Notes: generated from the sequence alone by a model not told the origin. A DNA stretch of 64,000 bases from Bugula neritina (GCA_964035545.1 OZ037767.1:19484628-19548627); one strand, 5' to 3'. Shown: positions 12,570 through 27,890, numbered from the stretch's first letter. Numbers and translations are program-made.

Positions 12570-15500
12570 TATAATCATTATTATAATGGTAAACAAAAAC
12601 ATTGTGTATTATTTCGAACTTGGTAAGCTGAAGGAATTTGCACAGCTTGGTATTTCTAGAATAACCCAATACCTAGTGCTAAGCTTGCCTGGGTAAATCC
12701 ATTAGTCATCAGGCTTGTGACATGAATGGAATAAGCCAGCAAACCGCCTCAGTTGTAAACAGCTTATCAATGAACGTGAACTGATAAGTGAACTGATAAT
12801 ACAAAGTCATTCAATTGACAAATACTTGTTTATCAGCTTACCTATTTCGAAATTTAAGCATGGAAATTACATTTTTCGCTGATTTTTCATCATCAACGTT
12901 CCATATACATAATCCAGAATTATTTCTATCATGAAGCAACAATAATGAAGGAATTTTCTAGATTTCAGATTTCATAAGTTTTGAGTTTGATATCAACTAA
13001 AGTTAATCAATTTTATCTCTTTAGGACTTTTGCAATCTAACAAAGTGAGGTGAGCCATAAATAATAATGATAGCTGATGGTTAATAAATGGAGACACTAG
13101 TACTATTATTTGAAAGTGTAAGGCTTGATTAAAGACATGGGGAACACAATTCATCATATCTGAGCTCTGCAGCTGTTCATTCAATATGTTAAATTAAGAT
13201 TTATTTATATTTATCTCACCCGCTATTTCTGATTTTTATTGAAGTATGTGCAGATTTACAGTAGCCAGAAAAGAATATTGAACTATATTATTAAAAAATG
13301 GCACATCACATTAATCACAAAGCACACTTAATAAAAAGGTTATTCGAGAACACTTCGGTGTGGCATATAATATTGGCACTGCTATGGTCTATTACAAGGG
13401 AGACAATTACTATTGTTTAGAAGCAACCATCTAGTCATTTAACAATTTCAATTTTTATTATAATTGGAAGAAAGTGGCATGACTATGTTGTCCTTCTGAT
13501 GATCAGTCTAAATCACTCATGAGCTGCACACCTAATCACTAAAGAGTATTGTATAGTGGTTCTTGGTAACCTGTTTTCAAATTGCCTTCCCCCTTCTTTT
13601 TGTTGTTGTTTGTTTATAATATACTTCATGTAAGCCGATCCTTGGCTGAAGTTCGGGAGTTTCTACTACTATAAAATTTCAGCATAATAGCCCATATTCT
13701 TTCCAGCTCCTATAATACTGTAATGTAGTACATTATACAATGCACTATATTTCACACTATAGATCAAAAATTATAATTTTATTGCACATATCGCAGTATA
13801 CAGTGGGTTTATAGTTGCTATCACTGTGGGCACTTTTAATGGAATGGCTATGACTGACTGCTCTTCTTACGACCCAACTTGACCTTTGACCTCGTGTTCA
13901 CTAGGTCATTGCTCTAACTGCTACACCACACTGCTTTCTGCATTACAGTCCTAAATTGATAAGCTTTAACTTCTTTAATAAACACCAACAATAATTGTTC
14001 TAGGCTAAAGCATGACTTAACAATGTATATAATTATAGTGATGTTGAGGTTGTACTAAGTTTTGTATTTTATCAATTTGCTCTACCATATTATTATCCAC
14101 AAACTTATTCCTTCTGGTAACTTGTAATGACAATTATAGAAAGTTGAGCTGGTGTGCTCTATGATAAGACTAGAACATAATGTATATTATACATCAAGTT
14201 TATATAAATATTAAAGTTTTGCTACTGCCATGCATCTCAATGCTAACATTAGCTAAACGTGCGGCTAATTATAACCCCCCCCCCCCTCACAGCAGCTCCA
14301 TATATTTACTGTTTTATGCTTGTTTATAGGGGTAACGGGGGCACAACGGTCATAGGGGTACAAAAAGCCGGCCAAATTGTGAGAGAACTTATTGACTTAG
14401 AGTTGTGATTTTTTTTCTCATAAAAAGATATTGACATAATTATTTAGCCTTTGTAGTTTCAACACTTGCGGAACATACATGTTGAAAAGGCCAGTAAAAA
14501 ACTGTTTTTACCTACTTCTTGTAAATTTTTTAGGATATCGTTGAAGCCTTATAACTTTTTACACTCAAAGGCAAGAAGCCTAGATTTTACTGATATTGTT
14601 GCAATTGCTTGTCTCTACAATGCTTAACTAGTATAACAGCAAACACTGAAATAAATTTTCCTTGAGGCACATTTATTTTCAATTTGGCCACACGGGGCAC
14701 AATGGGCCAGGCTGACCGGGGCACAATGGGCCACCTGATTATTGCACCTTGATCACTGTTATAAGTTTGTTTGCCCAAAAGGTTGGTTGAACCGTTACTA
14801 AAATCTATAGATATAGCCATTTCTGACCTTTTTGTAAAATATCAAAGACATCATGGTAAGACTACAAAACTACAAGTTGAAGCTCCCCTAATACATACAT
14901 CTGGTGAGCTTAAAGCTTTGCCATTTTATACATAATACAAACACTCTGCTGTTGCTACTAGTAGATAGTCATGATAACCATTATATATTACACAATTGAG
15001 GGAATATACATGTATTTGGCTAAAATAAATTGTGATTTGCTCATTTGCTCCCCCCTCTCCCTTCCGTACTCCAGTCACAAACCTTCGCCATGCATGCACC
15101 TCAGCTACAGTTCATTGAAAAAAGTCCACTCGGAATTTCGTAGTACATGTTACTACAATTTTTTTTAAATAAACGTTGCTCTGAAGTGAAAATAACAAAA
15201 CATTTTTAGTTTTAAACGGTAATGATAATGGCACTGCAGAACCGAGTGACGTGCATTTGATTTTGCCTTCCTCTGCTATCCGTAGTGGCACAAACTGTAC
15301 AGCTAAAACATGAATTTCGCTGTAGATCTGAAAGAGTATCTTTATTTATTTGTAATATTAAATAAATAAAGATCAGATGTAACAAAATACGCAAAATTTC
15401 AATATATTTGTTGTGTCCCACCCAGTGGCCCATTGTACCCCGGTACCGGGGCACAATGGGCCAATTTTTTCGTCATGAAAATTTTATTATTCTGAAAGTT

Positions 15501-18320
15501 GTGAGAGAGATAGAAATAACAAACTGGTACCTGTAATAGACAACAGATGTAGCATTAAGACTAGAGATTATTGAACTAGTAACTTGAAAAACAGACGAAT
15601 GAGAGCAACAAATGCAAAATTCGGCCCGTTGTGCCCCCGTTACCCCTACTGCTTTATACATAAAATATATTACTTACTGTGTGTTAATATATCATATTTG
15701 CTACCAACTGTATATTTACTGCTGTATACATAATATATACTATTTACTGCATGTTAATATAATATATTTGTCTCAAAGTTTGAAGCTTTTGTTTCACTAT
15801 TTTAAATAGCCATTAAATTCAGAAAAGGGCAACTTGTTATGTTTATGCAGTCAGGCCTTAGTTTTTGCCGAATTAACGGCTTTCTCTTAAATTAATTAGT
15901 CTATTTTTAGATTATGTTTAATATATTTACTCACTAAATATTATATGTTGATTGTTGAATATATGCTGTATATTATATAATTTTTAAATAGCAAGTAGCC
16001 TAATAAAGGCACCTGCTATAGACATTATAGGCTTAATTCAGCTTTGTTTTAGAATTCATCTTTTTATCACAAGATTTATTTTAACTGAACATGGAAATGG
16101 CAACTTATTATAATGAAAATAGAAAAAAAGTGTATTATTTTGAGCACGGTAAGAGTGAAAGCATTTGCACAGCCTGGTATTTCCAGAATAACCCAATACG
16201 TAGTGCTAAGCTTGCCTGGGAAAACCCATTAGTCATCAGGCATGTGACATGAATGGAATAAGCCAGCAAACAAGCCTCAGTTGTAAACAGTTTATCAATG
16301 AACACACACTGATAACACAAACTTCTTAATGCATCGTGATTTGCAAGTCAAGTACTTGTTTATCAGCCTAAGTATTTCACAATGTAGGCTGGGAATTACA
16401 TTTTTCGTTGATTTTTCATCATCACTGCTCCAAATACATAATCCAGGATCATTCCTATTATGAAGCCACAATAATGTAGGAATTTTTTAGATTTTATAAG
16501 TTTTGAGTTTGATATCAACTAAAGTTAAGCAGTGTTATCTTTTTAGGACTTTCTCAGTCTAACAAAGTGAGGTGTACCATAGGTGAATAAATAATAACAT
16601 TAGCTGATGGTTAATAAAAGGAGATACTATAGAGCTAGTGATGTGACATAAAATAGTTGAAAATGTAAAGCTTGATTAAAGACATGGCCTGGAACACAAT
16701 TTATTATATCTAAGCTTTTCAGCTGCTAACTTAATATGTTAAATTAAGACTCATGTATAATATTTCTCTCACTGACCATTTCTGATTTTTATTGAAGTAT
16801 GTGCAGATTTACAGCAGCCAGAAAAAAATATTGAACTATATTATTAAAAAATGGCACATTACATTAATCACAATAAAAGCACACTTAATAAAAACGTTAT
16901 TCAAGAACACTTCACTGTGGAGCATATTGGCACTTGCTATGGTCTATTACAAGGAGGACAACTGCTATTGTTGGAAACAATCATCTAGTATAGTATGCTG
17001 ATCCAGAATCATTTAATTTTAGAACTTTAACCAGTCTTCTAAAAATAGTTGGTTATGTTCAAGCATACTACGTGTTTTCTGATGTCATATGAGAAGACCC
17101 GACTTCATATACTGTATGTAGCTTGTTTAAAAATAAATTACAAGAAAACAGCATTTGAAAACTTTCTTACCAGTTTGCTACTAGTGCTTCGGTTCGAGAT
17201 GTTAAATGGTTACAATGACAGATCACGTCAAGTGTTTTTGCCATTTGTTTGTACCAATTTACTTTTATTTTCTTTATGTTTTTTATTTTTAATTTTTAAT
17301 AAATTGTTTTTCAGCTCACAAAATAGTTAAAAAATGCATATTATAATAAGATAAATGGCACTGGCTCAACCTTCACACAGGGCGGTTCAACTTGCCCCCT
17401 GCAACAGTTTTGCAATAAAAAATGGCTCTCTTAGAGGGTAAAATGTTTATGCATTTAGTTTTAATGGACAAAGACAGCAAAATATGATTGACTTTGATGG
17501 TGCTGGTCTTTAGACTGGCAAAATAGTTCTTCAAAACATATATATGCTCAAAAACACAAGTTTTGGTTCCACTAGTACCACCCTCCCCTATGTGTCATAT
17601 ATAAAATTACAGCATTCACTTTTCAGCTCCTCGACTATAATATAGTACATTATACAATGCACTATATATCACACCAGAGATCCAACATTTTATTATACGA
17701 GTACATCTCAGTACAGTGGGTTTATAATTAATTTATAAATTGCTATATTACTGTGAGAACCTCTGATGGAAAGGCTGTGACTAGATGCCCTTCTTTAGTT
17801 CACCACACTAACCAATCAACTACTGTTTTACTAAGTCACTGCTCAGTGCCACTACACAGCTACACCTGCTCTCTGCATTACAGTACTATATCGGGAAGTT
17901 TTAACTAGTTTAGTAGGTGAAAACTCACTTTTTTGTAGCGAAAATCATGACTTAAAAATGTATATATATAGTGATGTTGAGGATGTACTAAGTTTTGTAT
18001 TTTATCAACTTACTCCACCATAATATTATTATCCACAAACCTATCCTTTCTAGTAAATTGTTATCACAATTAACAAGTTCCAGGTGTATTCTATATATGA
18101 TAAAAGTAGAACATATACTGTACATTATACAGTAACTTTATATAAATATTAAAGTTTTGCTACTGCTATGCATCTCAATGCTAACATTAGCTAAACGTGT
18201 GGCTAATTCCCGCAAATTATACGTCACAACCTCTGTATATTTACTGTTTTATGCTAATTGTTTATACTGCTGCCTGTATAATATTTACTGCTGTATACCT
18301 AATATATATTACTTACTACT
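12570..18320. repeat. Older internal tandem duplication (~12570-14328 plus 15647-15760 vs ~16095-18320); present again in copy B, giving four paralogous blocks
   Basis: Diverged collinear matches, e.g. 12600-12790 vs 16130-16320 and 14030-14320 vs 17970-18270. Corresponding blocks in copy B start at ~24770 and ~28260. Confidence 0.85.
14329..15646. mobile_element. Non-autonomous TIR DNA transposon with TA TSD, copy 1
   Basis: TIRs GGGGTAACGGGGGCACAACGG / CCGTTGTGCCCCCGTTACCCC, flanked by TA on both sides. Empty site (tgtttaTActgc) at ~26470-26481. Internal repeats of GGGGCACAATGGGCCA. No transposase ORF. Confidence 0.92.
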
Positions 18321-18470
18321 GACTGTATATTTCTGCTGACTATATATTTACTGCTGCATGACTGTATATCTACTGTTGCATGACTGTATATCTACTGCCG
18401 CATGATTGTATATTTACTGCTGACTGTATATTTACTGCTGCATGACTATATATTTACTGCTACCAATATA
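18230..18470. repeat. Degenerate ~22-bp minisatellite (CTGTATATTTACTGCTGCATGA)
   Basis: Tandem units are directly visible; paralog at ~34305-34550. Confidence 0.85.
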
Positions 18471-21055
18471 ATAATTCAACTGCTGCTAATAAAAATATTG
18501 GCTGATCAACATGTTAAGGTAGAATTGTTCAGATGTAAATGAAAATGAGAAAAAATCACTGCAACTTTACGTAATTTTAGAGTCTACATATATTTGATTT
18601 AACTTCAGTGGAAACCTGAAATTTAGTTTGTGTGGAAGTTAATTAGACTTCAGAGTTATGTACCAATATGTTACAACATTGGACTTGATTGAACATCTAC
18701 ATTGGTAGACTTTTTAAGGCATATAATATTGCATGAACAATAGGTCTGTAGAAAGGCCTAGCTCAACTTGCCTAGTATCTGCAGTGCACTCAGATCAAGA
18801 TAAATTTGTGTGCCAACTTAGTAAATGAATTGTATGAATGGAGTCTTCCAAGTTCCAACAAATCAACAATCAGCAGTAACTGTGCAATTATATACCTTTG
18901 TACCTTCGTCTTAATAAAATATGAAAGCTACTTAAACAATCTTGGCTGAAGTTTCGTAATGAAGCAAGTTGAACAACAATCTATGCTAATACAATGCAAT
19001 GGAATCTCCGGGTTTATTATGAGACAAAAGACGGAAAGTACAGGAATTTCCAATATGATTATATGAAGCCAGCAAAGCAAAAATATGGCAGTCTAACATT
19101 CCAACATATTAATATACAATTATGATAACATGAAAAACAACATAAAAAACAAAAGGACTGAAACTAAAAGACTAGATACTGGAAATAATAATAAACACAG
19201 AGAGTATAGCTAGCTGTCTCTCCAGTAAGACTGGCATGAAGTAAAGTACTGAGTCTATTTGTATAGTCTAGTAGTCTAGATAGATCAACTGCGGCACTAC
19301 TATTCTCTATAGTAGCAATTAGGCTTCTTGAGCAAATACAAGGTGCTTCATCACACTCATTAAATACATAGTATAGCATTATTAGTATATGAATATCAAG
19401 CATAGCATAACTTCATATAAAATAAGTATGAAAAGAAAAATCCTACTGATAACTATTTGAAAACGTTACCAGAGAAGAAAAGCCGTACAAAATTATTAAC
19501 GAAGAACCCCCAGGCAGTCAACATCCGAAGGAGTATACACCTCAGGACAGCTAACCCAAGACATGATTTCTCACTCACTAGAAGAATAGGTTGAGGATTC
19601 TTGCTAATTATAGTGAAATATGTTAGAGCATCAGTGTATCCTCAGCACCGTCCACAGGAGTTACATCATCTACATTAAACAAATTTAAAAAATGGTCGTA
19701 GGAAAAGACTAGAAACACGCTGGTTACAAATTTCAACACTCGAAAAGTTTACGTTCTGTAAATCGGAAAACTGGAGTTATCTTTCTCAAAAATCAATTCA
19801 TTTTTATGATGAAAAAATATGCTGTACTATAGGGGAAGATAACTCTATTATTTGCACATGATGCTAGATAGTTCAATTTTATGGTCTGAGAATATTTATG
19901 TAGAAGACATTAACAATGGCCAAATCAACGCTTGCTATTCAATTGTTTGAAGTCAACTGCATATATCGCTTTTGTCACTGACCAATGCATTAATAATCAA
20001 ACATTCATTAAATGATTAACTTTTAGATCCAACATAAGCTACATACAGGTTACGTCTGAAGCAAGGAAGGACATCCAATCATTTCAATGTGACTTTAATT
20101 TGCATCATCATGATTTTTATGCAACAAAGTTTATCATGATTTCAATGTGACGATTAATCTTATCACTTATTCTTTTTATACAACTGAATAAAATCACAAT
20201 TATTTGATATAATGTAAATAAATTATCATTTTATGGTGTTCCATGACATATGTTATAAAGTTGAATTTATATGACCAACAATGCAGTTTTACTGTTTAGA
20301 TGTATTTATCTCTAAAGTTGCATCCTGCTTCGTAACTTTTTACACAATGTGTGCTGTATAATTTTTAGAATATGATTACAAAGTTCTTTTTTTCTAATAA
20401 TTATGCTGTTTTTAATGCACATCTAGAAGCAACTTAAAAAATAATTTTAGAATTCAATTTGGTGTTGAGTGTTAATATTGTTAATAAGAAAAAATATATA
20501 ATTAGTATACTTTTTATTACTTGATTTATCTAGGCCTATAACTTATAAGTTACCAACCAAGTTAGTATGCATAATGTATGAGAACACAACTTTGGCTACC
20601 AAAATTGAAATTTATTATATTCAACAATATCTTACAAAAATATTCATATACTAGCTCAGAAACTTTAACTAATGAAACCGTAAAAAAGACATGATCTGCT
20701 GTTTGTACATAAATCATAAAAAAACTGAAAAAAAGATTGTTTTATAATATTTAAGCTGATCTTGCTTTCTCCTCCAGTCTGGTATGTTGTAAACACAGCT
20801 TTCCTTTCAACTATCCTTATTCCTATAAGTATCTAAAACAAAAGAAAAATATTGAAAATGCTATGCCATTTTACAGAATTTAATTTTCAATAATCGGTAA
20901 AATATCAAGATTCCAAAAATAACCAACTTGTAAGAAGATATGATGACAAGGATGTTATGTTGATATAACTATATTGATTAAATTTAATTAAATAAAAAAG
21001 TAAGTTATATAGCTATTTATACCACCTACACTGCATCAATGTCCCAAGTCTTCTA

Positions 21056-22281
21056 TTATTTTTGCAACTCAGGCCATAGTGGCAGCAATAACAGCTGTAT
21101 TATGAGACTCAGCAAGCATATGCCAACAGCAAACTTTTGTTTTTCACCTCCATTTATGCCTTGCGGTTCTTTTTGATCTCTACAACAGAAGCAAAGCTAT
21201 AGAATTTTTTTATATATGCGGATACATTCTATTAAGTTCATAACAATTGAATGAAACTAGAAGAAAAAAATTATAGGCATTTTTCAATCTACTAATTAGT
21301 TGAAATATAACAAAACAAGCATGGAAGCAAAAACGTGTACATATATAATAGTTTGCTAATAATTGCACATCACATTTTTGTACACATGCAATATTTGTAC
21401 TCAAAAAAATATAGCCCACCTTCTAGAATTTTCCTTGACATCATTATGGTGTTTAGCAGTAGATATTTGTGTGGTTTTTGTTATGCTTACAGAAACTGCA
21501 GTCACAGCAGACGGAGTAGAATATGCACTCTCTTCAAAGTCACACGTCTGATTATAGAATTTAAATTCTAAAACAACAATAAAACTTATTCAACCTTGAA
21601 GTAACAAAATAGCCCTTTTATAGAGCTGTTATATTGTATTGATGCTGTGTTAGTGATTCACACAGCCAGTCTACTAACTCCTAAGTGTGTATATAGATAA
21701 GATTCATTTTATTGCTTATAATAATGTAAACACTCTAGAGTCTAGTGTATCCATAGTGTAAGGGACAAGCTACTCTATATTCTATTACTATGTGTATACT
21801 TCACTGACCTTTGCAATACTTTAAGAATCTATAGTATGCGGACTGTCTATAAGTGGCCTTTGAGAGAGTTAGACAAGATTCCACAATACTAGATGTGGAT
21901 CCAAAGGTGGGTGGTCTCACCACACACTCCCTGTAGAACTTTGGATGCTTCACTTCTTTAATGTGTTCTCTGACACATAAGTAATCGGAAAAGTTACAAA
22001 GATAGTCATCAGCAGAACTGGCAGCATGAGCAAAGACTGGTATCAGCACCAGCAGTGCCTGAATAATGAAGAAAAATCAAAGTTGTAAACAAGTAATGCA
22101 TACTTTAATATAATTTACATTCTATAACATTTTAGCTATGATATGAAAGTTTATACTCTCTCTTAGTATCATTAGTAATATTGATTTATAAATGATCATT
22201 GATTTCTTACAAGAAATAAGTTTGAGTGCTTACCCATTTTAAAAGATTTTGTTGGCACAAGCTATTAAAACTGCTAGCCAT
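21056..22281 (-). CDS. Cysteine-containing cell-surface protein, paralog 2 (~189 aa)
   Basis: Exons 22281-22234, 22058-21809, 21567-21420, 21179-21056, open and phase-consistent. There is a 12-nt in-frame deletion relative to paralog 1. Ends KFAVGICLLSLIIQLLLLPLWPELQK*. Confidence 0.72.
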
Positions 22282-25200
22282 GTTGATGCTGGCCTAATAC
22301 TACTTGTATAACTGGTGGTTAAACTTCAAATGTCACAGTAAGCATGGTTGTATCCATTATATATATAATGGATACATTCCTAAAACTCATATTCCTTTAT
22401 TATCTTTAGAGTAGTTGGAACAAAAATATGTTTTACTAAATTGGGGTAATTATAAAATCTTTTGTTCCCTTTTCAAAGCTAATACCCAATAATGAAGTGG
22501 CATGACTATGAACTATGCACTTAGGCTAAGAATGTTCAATCCATTCATAAGTCTAGCATATCTCTTGGGATTTTGGTACTTTAGAGTATTGATTTACTGC
22601 AACGCAATAAATAAACAAATATTTCTATATTGATACTCTCAGCTTTACAGCATTTCCGTCACGAGTTGTTTACATTAACAACGCATATTGATAAAAGTTT
22701 TGATTAATGGAGTGGTGTTTTCCATAAACATTACTTAATTACTAGGAAAAATTCCTTTCTACAACCTATAACAATAAAAAGATTGATTGCATACAGTTAT
22801 TGTCACAGTTAACAATAATTACTATACAAATACGTTTTTTGTTTAATAACTTTAAAAGATGTTTACATCAATAACAAAATATTAGCATCGGTTCCTTATA
22901 ATAAAGAATCAAGTTTATACAATAATAAAGAAGCAGATCTTAAAATGGTGAGATTTGAAAATCACTTAGCAAAAAAGTTTCTACATAGAAAATAAATTCC
23001 AGTTGTACAACATACACTTCAATTTATTTTATCAGAGTAATCTCTAAATGTAGGTTTCATAAAATATTTTGCTTACAGGATTGCCAATGTATTTGTGAAT
23101 CTCAACAGCATTATTTGTCAGATGTTTATAACTGCTCGCAACTTTCTGATGGGTCTGTATTTGCATGGCAGATAGTCGTATGGACTGTAGTGTTGAGTTA
23201 ACCCAGTAGTCTCTGTGGTGTAATGGTTAGCTAGCCTTAGGTTCGAATCCCAGTGGGAGCAATGCTTTTCTATATGAACGGAATTGTGGTTATGGTAGCA
23301 GTTTCATTCGACTGACACTGTGCCATGGTTCTAATGTAAACTACACTCACATAATGAGTATGAGAACCCAGAGTTACTGTTGTATGCCCAGTAGTTTGGT
23401 CTTGACATAAGCTCTAGATTGTATAGACTCTCTAAGTACTGCATACTAATATTTCAAACCATGTGCCATAGTTGTAGTAAAAGTACACTTATCACCTTTT
23501 GTTAAATTTCAAACTTTCGTTTATCAATTCTTTACCATGAACAATCAAATAAAAGCTTGATTTGAGTCAAGATTGGCAAATAATTGCTAACTTATAATTA
23601 ATTCTGAAGACTTTGCTTCACTCATGTACTATAGAACTTAACACAATGCAGTTGACTTATTGTGAGCTTTTACAATCAAAACTTCCAGTTTTATTTAATT
23701 GAAATTAAGATTACATATAGTCTAAGCTTGTTATTAGTGTAAACTACTTACTGGTGTAAACTGCTTACTTTTTTAACCTAGCAAAAATCTAAACTGAAGT
23801 TTCCATTATGTTGAAATAGTATAATACAGAAGGTTTATATCGGAGTTATTTTGATGGAACTAAGAAGTTCTATATATCTAACCATAATAACTCAGCATAA
23901 TCTGCAGAAAACTAAGCATAATCTGCAGAGAATTTATCAGGATTTGCAAAATACCCATATATAGCTGCCATATATCTCATCAAAAAACAAGACACAAATA
24001 GTTTTTTTAAAGGGGAAATCTAGCAGCTTTCATCTACTGCAGATTTAAGCCAGAAACTGAGAGTAAACATAAAAATAACGAAACCAAATTGACAGGTGGC
24101 AATTAAAATGAAAACCTATATTTTAATTGCAATTATATTATGCATACCAATCGTCTTTTGATAATGACTCAAACTCATCAACAATTGATGTCGGAAATAT
24201 GGCAACTTTATTTTCAAATTTGCATCCAGATTTAATTCTTATAATGATAAGATGAATGTATAAATACACTTTCCTGTGACCACCTTTGAAAATTTACTAA
24301 TTTTCTTGATTAAATTTAAGAAGACATAAGTAAAACAGTTTCAATCACGTTTAATTGAAATCTACATCATACTTTTAATATAGTGACTGGAGGACCAGAT
24401 TAGTGAATAAAATATTTGTAAAGTTTGTTTGCTTAAAACCGTTGACTGTAATCTCTTGTGGTAACTTGCAGTACAATCTGCATTCTTATATACGTCTGTA
24501 GAATATAGTATGCGTTTATTTTATTCTCAATCGTGACAAGAACATTTTAAATGAGTTTTTATTCTATAGTCTACTTTAGTAGGCAGGTGAACATAGACAT
24601 GTGCCCAAGTTAAAATATAGCGAACAGTTATATAAAGCAAAAAAATGAACGAACCCCGACCCAAATGAAGTGCAGCCCCCCCCCCCTGCCCAATCTAGTG
24701 AAAAAGAAAACTTTATGATATTCAAATATTTATATAATATTAACTACATGTATTTAACATTATAATCATTATTATAATGGTAAACAAAAACATTGTGTAT
24801 TATTTCGAACTTATTAAGCTGAAAGAATTTGCACAGCCTGGTATTTCCAGAAAACCTAATACATAGTGCTAAGCTTTTCTGGGTAAATCCATTAGTCATC
24901 AGGCTTGTGACATGAATGGAAAAAGCGAACAATGCCTCCTCAGTTGTAAACAGCTTATCAATGAACATGAACTGATAATACAAAATCATTCAATTGATAA
25001 GTACTTGCTTATCGGCATACCTATTTTGAAATTTAAGCATGGAAATTACATTTTTTGTTGATTTTTCATTATCAATGTTCCATATACATAATCCAGAATT
25101 ATTTCTATCATGAAGCAACAATAATGAAGGAATTTTCTAGATTTCAGATTTCATAAGTTTTGAGTTTGATATCAACTAAAGTTAATCAATTTTATCTCTT

Positions 25201-26555
25201 TAGGACTTTTGCAATTTAACAAAATGAGGTGAGCCATAAATAATAATGATAGCTGATGGCTAATAAATGGAGACACTAGTACTATTATTTGAAACTGTAA
25301 GGCTTGATTAAAGACATGGGGAACACAATTCATCATATCTGAGCTCTGCAGCTGTTCATTCAATATGTTAAATTAAGATTTATTTATATTTCTCTCGCTT
25401 GCCATTTCTGATTTTTATTGAAGAATGGGTAGATTTACAGTAGCCAGAAAAGAATATTGAACTATATTATTAAGAAAAATGGCACATTACATTAATCACA
25501 AAGCACACTTAATAAAAAGGTTATTCGAGAACACTTCGGTGTGGCATATAATATTGGCACTGCTATGGTCTATTACAAGGGGGACAACTACTATTGTTTG
25601 GAAACAACCATATCTAGTTATTTAATCATTTCAACTTTTATTATAATTGGAAGAAAGTGGCATGGCTATGTTGTCCTTCTGATGATCAGTCTGGATCACT
25701 CACGAGCTGCACACCTAATCACTAAAGAGTATTGTAGTGGTTCTTGGTAACCTGTTTTCAGATTGTCTTCCCCCTTCTTTTTTGTTGTTTGTTTATAATA
25801 TACTTCATGTAAGCCGATCCTCGGCTGAAGTTCGGGAGTTTCTACTACTATAAAATTTCAGCATGATATATTTTTTCCAGCTCCTATAATACTGTAATGT
25901 AGTACATTATACAATGCACTATATTTCACACTATAAATCAAAAATTTTAATTTAATTACTACACATCGCAGTACAGCGGGTTTATAGTTGCTATCACTGT
26001 GGGACCTTTTAATGGAACGGCTATGACTGAATATTGCCCTTCTTACGGCCCAACTTGACCTTTGATCTCGTGTTCACTAGGTCATTGCTCTAACCACTAC
26101 ACCACACTGCTTTCTGCATTACAGTCCTAAATTAATAAACACCAACAATAATTGTTCTAGGCTAAAGCATGACTCAACAATGTATATAATTATAGTGATG
26201 TTGAGGTTGTACTAAGTTTTGTATTTTATCAACTTGCTCTACCATATTATTATCCACAAACTTATTCCTTCTGGTAACTTGTAATGACAAGTAGAAAGTT
26301 GAGCTGGTGTGCTCTATGATAAGACTAGAACATAATGTATATTATACATCAAGTTTATATAAATATTAAGGTTTTGCTTCTGCCATGCATCTCAATGCTA
26401 ACATTAGCTAAACGTGCGGCTAATTATAACCCCCCTCACAGCAGCTCCATATATTTACTGTTTTATGCTTGTTTATACTGCTGTACACATAAAATATATT
26501 ACTTACTGCGTGTTAATATATCATATTTGCTACCAACTGTATATTTACTGCTGTA

Positions 26556-27890
26556 GGGGTAACAGGGGGGGGGGGGGACACAATGGTCATAGGGGTACAA
26601 AAAGCCGGCCAAATTGTGAGAGAACTTATTGACTTAGAGTTGTGATTTTTTTTCTTAAAAAGATATTGACATAATTATTCAGCCTTTGTAGTTTCAACAC
26701 TTGCGGAACATACGTGTTGAAAAGGCGATTAAAAAACTGTTTTTACCTACTTTTTGTAAATTTTTTAGGATGTCGTTAAAGCTTTATAACTTTTTACACT
26801 TAAAGGCAAGAACCCTATATTTTACTAATATTGTTGCCATTGCTTGTCTCTACATTGCTTAACTAGTATAACAGCAAACACTGAAATAAATTTTCCTTGA
26901 GGCACATTTATTTCCAATTTGGCCATCTGGGGCACAATGGGCCACGCTGACCGGGGCACAATGGGCCACCTGATTATTGCACCCTTATCACTGTTATTAG
27001 TTTGTGTGCCCAAAAAGTTGGTTGAAATGTTACTAAAATCTATAGATATAGCCATTTCTGACCTTGTTGTAAAATATCAAAGACATCATGGTAAGACTAC
27101 AAAACTACAAGTTGAAGCTCCCCTAATATATACATCTGGTGAGGTTAAAGCTTTGCCATTTTATACATAATACAAAACACTCTGCTGTTGCTACTAGTAG
27201 ATAGTCATGATAATCATTATATATTACACCATTGAGGGAATATACATGTATTTGACTGATATAAATTGCGATTTGCTCATTTGCTCCCCCTCTCCTTTCC
27301 GTACTCCAGTCACAAACCTCAGCCATGCATGCACCTTAGCTACAGTTCATAGAAAAAAGTCCACTCGGAATTTTGTAGTACATGTTACTACTGTTACTAC
27401 ATGGTTTTTTTTAATAAACGTTCCTCTGAAGTGAAAATAACAGAACATTTTTAGTTCTAAACAGTAATGATAATGGCACTGCAGAACCGAGTGACGTGCG
27501 TTTGATTTTGCCTTCCTCTGCTATCCGTGGTGGCACAAACTGTACAGCTAAAACATGAATTTTGCTGTAGATCTGAAAGAGTATCTTTATTTATTTGTAA
27601 TATCAAATAAATACAAATCAGATGCAACAAAATACGCAAAATTTCAATATATTTGTTGTGTCTCACCCAGTGGCCCATTGTACCCCGGTACCGGGGCACA
27701 ATGGGCCAATTTTTTCGTCATGAAAATTTCATTATTCTGAAAGTTGTGAAAGAGATAGAAACAACAAACTGGTACCTGTAATAAACAACAGATGCAGCAT
27801 TAAGACTAGTGATTATTGAGCTAGTAACTTGAAAAACAGACGAATGAGAGCAACAAATGCAAAATTCGGCCCGTTGTGCCCCGTTACCCC
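26556..27890. mobile_element. Non-autonomous TIR DNA transposon with TA TSD, copy 2
   Basis: Same termini and interior as 14329-15646; TA on both flanks. Empty site (ctgctgTAtacataat) at ~15719-15734. Confidence 0.92.

Larger units (their letters stand above)
5115..19830. repeat. Segmental tandem duplication, copy A
   Basis: Collinear similarity to 19875-39056 throughout, e.g. 5200-5260 vs 20030-20090, 6780-7140 vs 21641-22005, 11340-12540 vs 23504-24720, 19160-19677 vs 35570-36084, 19678-19830 vs 38904-39056. Confidence 0.92.
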
